From Bdellovibrionales bacterium (GTDB lineage: Bacteria > Bdellovibrionota > Bdellovibrionia > Bdellovibrionales > JAGQZY01), in the NCBI GenBank assembly GCA_964230645.1, contig CAXRHT010000002.1, forward strand, positions 160,001-224,000: a stretch of DNA of 64,000 bases. Reading direction: 5' to 3'. The notes below the pieces were generated by a model. The model did no database searches and had not been told where the DNA came from. It worked only from the letters and a program-made list of their open reading frames with translations. This document shows positions 58,891 through 64,000 of the stretch, piece by piece (position 1 is the stretch's first letter; every line of letters begins with the position of its first letter). Both the position numbers and the translations under genes were made by a program.

Positions 58891-60381
58891 ATGAGTGATA
58901 AAAAGATAAAAAAAGAAATGATGGCCGAACAACAAGAGGCCAAACGCAAAGAGCTAGAGAAGAATTACAAGGACTACTGTCTCTCCCACAATAAGCGGCC
59001 TATGACCCGCAGGGATTTACTCAGTGCTGGTGTCTATAGTTTTGCAGCCTCAATGACATTACCCACTTTGGCTGGAATGATGGCGCCTCGAACCGCTTTC
59101 GCTCAGGCAGCCAACTGTCCTTCGGCCAGCAGTGGCTCGAGCATGATTCCCTTTGTCACTTTAAACCTTTCAGGAGGAGCGGGCTTAGCGGCCAATTATG
59201 TTCCCACCGATGCTGGTGGAAACCTTCTTCCTACTTATAACAAACTCGGAATGGGGAATAGCTCCTTAAACATCGAAACTGAGTTTGGCAATGTGCCTTT
59301 TGCTGGAGATGACGGAACGGGAGTTTTGATTTCAAAACTTCTCACAGAGTTAAGAAACAATTCGACTCCCGCAACACTTGCCAATACGGCTTTTGTAGCG
59401 ATTCCGGTTCGCTCGCGCGATGACTCTAGCATGAATCCTTTTGACGCCTCAGGTATGGTCGCTAAAGCTGGTCTTGTGGGATCGGATCTTCCAAATCTTG
59501 GAAGGAGAGCCAGTGACACAGGAACTCGCCAAATGTATGCGAAGATAAAACCGCCCACACCTCTTATCGTCGGAAACTATGATGATATTGCCAGTGCCTT
59601 GGCTCTAGGAGCCACGGGCCCTCTATCTAATCTAAACGATGAAAAAAAGGTTTCACTAGTGAAATTGGTTAATAACCTGAGTGATTCTCAGGTTCAAAAA
59701 GTGAATGCGGATGCGGGTGGACGAATGCTCGCCAACCTTGTGCGCTGTTCAACTGGTAAAAACGTGGAACTTTCACAAAAACCCCAACCCACAGTGGATG
59801 TAAGACAAGACGCCTCTCTGGCTTCCGTTTGGGGAGTCGACGGTGGCACAAACTCTCGTGACGAGAGTGTGGTTTTTGGTTCTATGGTGAATGCCGGTCT
59901 TTTAGGCTATGCAGGAACTGTAAACTTAGAAAGGGGTGGTTACGACTACCATAATGGAACTCGTACCACAGGAGATGACCGAGATGGTCGTGCCGGTGCC
60001 GTTATTGGAAGAATTTTAGAAAGTGCCGCTGCTTTAAATAAAAAAGTTTTTATCTACGTGACCTCTGATGGAGCTGTCGTGTCACCAGAAAGTGACGACC
60101 GAGCTGCACCTTGGAGAAGTGACCGAGGATCCGCAGGAATGGCTTATATTCTTGCCTATGATCCATCCGGACGCCCTCAAACCAGCGGACACCAAATTGG
60201 TCAATTTACCGCAGCACAAGCGGCTGATGACAAGTTTGTAACAGGAAACAATCCAGAGCTGGCCGCGTCGGCCGCTGTGGCTAATTATTTAAAATTTAAC
60301 AACCGAATGGATTTAATAGAACCGGTGTTAGGAAGTACGTTTACTTCAGCTCAGTTAGCTCAAATTTTAAAATTTGGCTAA
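58891..60381 (+). CDS. Tat-exported DUF1501-like protein
   Basis: RPMTRRDLL signal; LSGGA, GGYDYH, YVTSDG. Confidence 0.7.
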   Translation: MSDKKIKKEMMAEQQEAKRKELEKNYKDYCLSHNKRPMTRRDLLSAGVYSFAASMTLPTLAGMMAPRTAFAQAANCPSASSGSSMIPFVTLNLSGGAGLAANYVPTDAGGNLLPTYNKLGMGNSSLNIETEFGNVPFAGDDGTGVLISKLLTELRNNSTPATLANTAFVAIPVRSRDDSSMNPFDASGMVAKAGLVGSDLPNLGRRASDTGTRQMYAKIKPPTPLIVGNYDDIASALALGATGPLSNLNDEKKVSLVKLVNNLSDSQVQKVNADAGGRMLANLVRCSTGKNVELSQKPQPTVDVRQDASLASVWGVDGGTNSRDESVVFGSMVNAGLLGYAGTVNLERGGYDYHNGTRTTGDDRDGRAGAVIGRILESAAALNKKVFIYVTSDGAVVSPESDDRAAPWRSDRGSAGMAYILAYDPSGRPQTSGHQIGQFTAAQAADDKFVTGNNPELAASAAVANYLKFNNRMDLIEPVLGSTFTSAQLAQILKFG

Positions 60382-60413
60382 TCGAAAGCAGAAGCTAGAG
60401 GGGCAAAAATAAA

Positions 60414-61568
60414 ATGAGTACGTCGATGGTTAAATATTTTATTGCGGCTGTGGTTTTGGTCACACTTTTCCAAAACTGTTCGGCCACCCATGAAAGTAGC
60501 TCCACACTGAGCTCGTTTCAAGCTTGTAATTTAATCTTGAAAGATGAGTTCGTGAAAGGCTATCAAAAGTTTCTTCAAACAAATTGTAACAGTTGCCACG
60601 TCTCCAATGGCTCTGGGAACGGAGCCTTTGCTGACTCGAGTGTCGATACAGCTTTTGACGCTTTTATTTTTCGTGGCTACGAACTTGTGGGTGCAAGAGC
60701 GCTGGACCCCAACCATCAACCTCCTTTTACCGGAAGCCAACACCAAAGTGCACTCAGTGAGCTTGAGGGCACCTGGAGTAGCGCGCAAGCTCAAGTGGAT
60801 GTTTGTGTGGCAAATTCAGGTGGCGGTATAGGCGGTGGTATTGATGATGGACTCGTGCCGGAAGACCCCACACCCACTCAAGGTAATATTACCACTTTTA
60901 TAAAAGCCTTAGAGGCTGATAAAGACGAGAAAACTTTAAGCTGGAATCTTGAAAACGAAATTGCCGATCCAAGTGACCTCTCCTTCCCAGGAGCGACTCT
61001 AGAAATTGATGTGCGTGCGATCACCTCATCAACGGGAGACAAGAGTTATGTGATTTCAAACCCAAGACTCACAGCCGGTAGTGAAGCTCTTCATATCACT
61101 TTTATTGAATTTTCGATCAATAATAAGGTTGTTACTAATGCCACCAGCTACCACACAGTGAACCGAAGAGTTCCCGCAGGGGAGACTCGTGATCTTGGAG
61201 TTGGGGGAACGATTTTTAGCTATAATATACGTGCAACCGATGTGCTTGCACTTAAAATTGGCCGGCTTGAGACCATCGAGTTTGATCCTCCGACCTTCGA
61301 TGAGCTTATCGCTCCTACCGGTGTGCTTGGAGCCAATTGTTTGTCCTGTCATGATGGGAGTAACGGCAATTCCACTCCTCAAGGAGGTTTTGATATCTCC
61401 TCTCGTGACGCTATTATCAGTCAGTTAATGGTGTCACCTTATAGTCCTAATAATTCTGAAATCTATAAAAGGATGAACGATTTACAAAGGCCCATGCCTC
61501 AAGGAGGACTATTGCCTGTAGACCAAGTGGATCAAGTTCTCTGGTGGATTCAAGACGGAGCAAGGTAA
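60414..61568 (+). CDS. Diheme cytochrome c lipoprotein
   Basis: LFQNC lipobox; CNSCH and CLSCH; MP...WIQDGA. Confidence 0.85.
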   Translation: MSTSMVKYFIAAVVLVTLFQNCSATHESSSTLSSFQACNLILKDEFVKGYQKFLQTNCNSCHVSNGSGNGAFADSSVDTAFDAFIFRGYELVGARALDPNHQPPFTGSQHQSALSELEGTWSSAQAQVDVCVANSGGGIGGGIDDGLVPEDPTPTQGNITTFIKALEADKDEKTLSWNLENEIADPSDLSFPGATLEIDVRAITSSTGDKSYVISNPRLTAGSEALHITFIEFSINNKVVTNATSYHTVNRRVPAGETRDLGVGGTIFSYNIRATDVLALKIGRLETIEFDPPTFDELIAPTGVLGANCLSCHDGSNGNSTPQGGFDISSRDAIISQLMVSPYSPNNSEIYKRMNDLQRPMPQGGLLPVDQVDQVLWWIQDGAR

Positions 61569-61686
61569 TAAGTATATATAATTTACTCGGAATCATTTAA
61601 ATAATTTGCCTAATAGGCTATTTCTTCCTAAAACCCCGGTCATCGAAGCACTCAAGCTTCTCAAGACAGCAAAACCGGGGGAACCT

Positions 61687-62193
61687 ATGAAACATTTAAT
61701 TTTAACGGCCACACTTTTAATGGCGAGCTTTAATCTTCAAGCTTATGCTGACGTCAGTGAAGGCAAAAATTTTGGAGCCGAACTCACTTACTTTCAAATC
61801 AACCACGACCATCTTTGGGGAATAAACGAGGGATCGATTTTGATTAGTGAGCCAGCAGGAACAATCACTCTTTCACTCAATCAAGATCTAGGCTGTAAAC
61901 CAAATCAACCCTGTATCACTCTTATGCCAAACTCTTATGACGTTGAACTAGAGATCATTTCCGAAGAGTTTGATTCCTGTAACGCCAAAAAAATCACGGC
62001 GATCAACGACAACACCCCTGTCGATGGCCTTTATGAGGAGGTTGTAGTTTACGATTATTCAACAGCCACCTGTGAGTATTTTATTCAGAATATGACTCAA
62101 GTGACCTACACCACTATCGCACCTAGAACTCAGGAAATGCAAGAGTCTTACCTCCATGGCGAACCCTTAAGAGAGCTACCTATTTCCTTCTAA
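61687..62193 (+). CDS. Hypothetical secreted protein
   Basis: Signal AYA; CKPNQPC, DSC, PVDG motifs. Confidence 0.7.
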   Translation: MKHLILTATLLMASFNLQAYADVSEGKNFGAELTYFQINHDHLWGINEGSILISEPAGTITLSLNQDLGCKPNQPCITLMPNSYDVELEIISEEFDSCNAKKITAINDNTPVDGLYEEVVVYDYSTATCEYFIQNMTQVTYTTIAPRTQEMQESYLHGEPLRELPISF

Positions 62194-62221
62194 AATTAGT
62201 TTAAGATGTTGTTTGTTTGCA

Positions 62222-62260
62222 AAAAAAAGCCCCAGGCCAGATAATGACTTGGGGCTTTTT
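62222..62260. terminator. Bidirectional terminator
   Basis: A run-GCCCCAGG...CTTGGGGC-T run. Confidence 0.75.
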
Positions 62261-62283
62261 ACTTTCAGAACTTATTTATAAAA

Positions 62284-62619
62284 TCATCCACCAAACTGAA
62301 TGCCACCATCGTCTTTCTTCCAGCACTCAATTGTTAAGGCGTGACCTTCAATCATAGCCTCTAAGATCTCTCTCTTTTCTTTGCACTTGTTGAGAACTTC
62401 ATTAACGTTGGCCGTTTCAATAGCGTTTAAAATCAAAGCGTTGAGTTGTGTGTGAGCGGTTCTTTGACAAGAGTAGAACTCAGCACAAGTGTTAAACTGA
62501 TTCACACTAGGGTCACACATATCATAGTTGGCTTCACAGGCTTTATAATCTAGACCCGCAGCGAAAGCTGTATTGAAAATAGCAAAGCTAATTAGAATTA
62601 TCGATAATACTTTTTTCAT
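62284..62619 (-). CDS. Small secreted six-Cys protein
   Basis: SD AAGGAG; signal AFA. Confidence 0.7.
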   Translation of the reverse strand: MKKVLSIILISFAIFNTAFAAGLDYKACEANYDMCDPSVNQFNTCAEFYSCQRTAHTQLNALILNAIETANVNEVLNKCKEKREILEAMIEGHALTIECWKKDDGGIQFGG

Positions 62620-62819
62620 GACAAAGCTCCTTTAAAGTTTGACCCAATTTATGCTTATTTTATGTTTAATCCTAATTTTAAAATAGAAGGCTATAAGAAG
62701 TTCACAAATGTCAAAAAATTAGAGAAAACATCCCCTCTTTCTACCTTTCGTTGCAAAAACCAAATCAAAAAAAGCCATTCAAGGGGGAGTTTTTTTAAAA
62801 GGTCTGTTCAAGCCACGAT

Positions 62820-62951
62820 CCCCATGGTTCCATTTATAATAATTCTCTAAAGGGCTCTTGTGAGCGTGACGCGTTTTCGCCCGCAGGGCGAAACACAAGC
62901 AAGGCATGGATGCCGGCCCTGTAGAGATTTATTATAAATGGAAGCATGGGG
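62820..62951. repeat. Long imperfect hairpin element
   Basis: CCCCATGGTTCCATTTATAATAA / TTATTATAAATGGAAGCATGGGG arms with inner hairpins. Confidence 0.8.
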
Positions 62952-62978
62952 AAACGAGGACTTCGATCGAGCTCTCAC

Positions 62979-63085
62979 AGATCCTTCGGCTTCGCCTCAG
63001 GATGACAATGGAGGTTTGCCTCAGGACGACAATAGGAGGGGAGTCTTAGGACGACAATAGGAGGAGGGGGGCCTCAGGGCGACAT
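62979..63085. repeat. REP-like cluster 6 (variant)
   Basis: AGATCCTTCGGCTTCGCCTCAGGATGACA plus three degenerate tandem units. Confidence 0.8.
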
Positions 63086-63106
63086 TTCGACGACGTCGGG
63101 CGAGAC

Positions 63107-63844
63107 CTATCGACTCACCTTAAAATCATGCTGAAAATGGGTCTTCTCCTGAGAGCTTAGGATTTCGTACATTTGTTTTTTCGAGAATTTTTCAGGTTTC
63201 AACCAGTCACTGATTTTAGTTTCCTCGAGAAAAATGGGGCAGCGGTCGTGTCCCATTTCATCGATTTCTTTGGGAGGATCGTTGGTGATGATTGCAAAAG
63301 ACGAAAACTCGATTTCTCCACTTTCAGAGCGCCATGTATCATAAATCATTGGAGCCCACATGAGATCATGGTCGTCAGGATAAAAAGTGATTAACTTTTT
63401 TTTGCCTTTGACCTCGACCCATTCGAAAAAACGAATAAAAGGAAATAATCCATGATTCTGTAAGAAAATGGAGTTCCAGGTTTTTCTTTTTTCAAGGGAG
63501 TCAATGCGAGCATTGAATACGTTGTATTTTGATGGAATCTCTTCATCGGAAAAAGAAGGACGCACACGGTAGCGCATAGGTTTGATGACACGTTCGCCTT
63601 CTTCCATAACAATCACGGGGGCAAAATAATTGGGGTAAACTCTTCCGTTCTCACCCACTTCTTTAAAGACCGATGAGCTGGGCTTTCGTTTAAGACCCAT
63701 GATTTTTTTTATTTCTTCGGGTGTTTTTTGACTCTCTTTTTCCTGCAGACCGTGGAGATCTTCAAAAGCCTTGTGACTGATGGTCGCGTCAAAACGTCCA
63801 GCCAGTTTTTCAAGATTTCTTTCGACTTGCACTGAAAAACAAAT
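63107..63844 (-). CDS. SOS response-associated peptidase (SRAP/YedK/HMCES family)
   Basis: FNARID, FFEW, GHDRCP; in-frame ATT-TGT-TTT-TCA gives (M)CFSVQV after SD GGAGG. Confidence 0.88.
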   Translation of the reverse strand: MCFSVQVERNLEKLAGRFDATISHKAFEDLHGLQEKESQKTPEEIKKIMGLKRKPSSSVFKEVGENGRVYPNYFAPVIVMEEGERVIKPMRYRVRPSFSDEEIPSKYNVFNARIDSLEKRKTWNSIFLQNHGLFPFIRFFEWVEVKGKKKLITFYPDDHDLMWAPMIYDTWRSESGEIEFSSFAIITNDPPKEIDEMGHDRCPIFLEETKISDWLKPEKFSKKQMYEILSSQEKTHFQHDFKVSR

Positions 63845-64000
63845 AAATCCTCCCTCGGAGCTTTTTTTATACGCAATCTTTATAAACTAGTAAATGACGC
63901 TCGCTGTTTTTCAAGGGTTTTGAACAAACTTGCACGAACTTTCAAAAACTCAAGCAACTCTCCTCTCAATAGCCACTGTAAGCTTGATACTTACCTAAGA

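Noticed and set aside
169..63612. Many 60-170 aa ORFs antisense to or nested in long genes
   Set aside because: Shadow ORFs with no recognisable motifs, overlapping well-supported genes

Overview
64 kb of bacterial chromosome, most likely Bdellovibrionota (inference from FQNC/YQNC lipoboxes, RxPAS-motif secreted proteins, GGTACCTG-type palindromes, and DUF1585/DUF1592-type, PA14 and Hint lipoproteins). No rRNA, tRNA, CRISPR array, transposase or integrase was seen. The left half is mostly housekeeping and envelope genes: leucine and glutamate dehydrogenases, yfgM-bamB, apt, hemB, two M48 proteases, and a five-gene ion-transport operon (CPA-like, trkA, trkH, a 1408-aa antiporter-ATPase fusion, MscS-like). 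The middle holds glutaryl-CoA dehydrogenase divergent from a fused E1 2-oxoacid dehydrogenase and an atypical FabD-like acyltransferase, with no E2/E3 nearby. The right half is rich in exported proteins: a Hint-domain lipoprotein, two heme-c scaffold plus Tat-partner modules, a heme-bearing beta-barrel/YceI/cytochrome cluster, a carbonic anhydrase lacking its Zn ligands, PhoD, and a SRAP gene that appears to start at ATT. Intergenic DNA carries six REP/REPIN-like clusters, three other long hairpins, and sigma54- and sigma28-like promoters. Family calls come from motif recognition by eye, not database searches.
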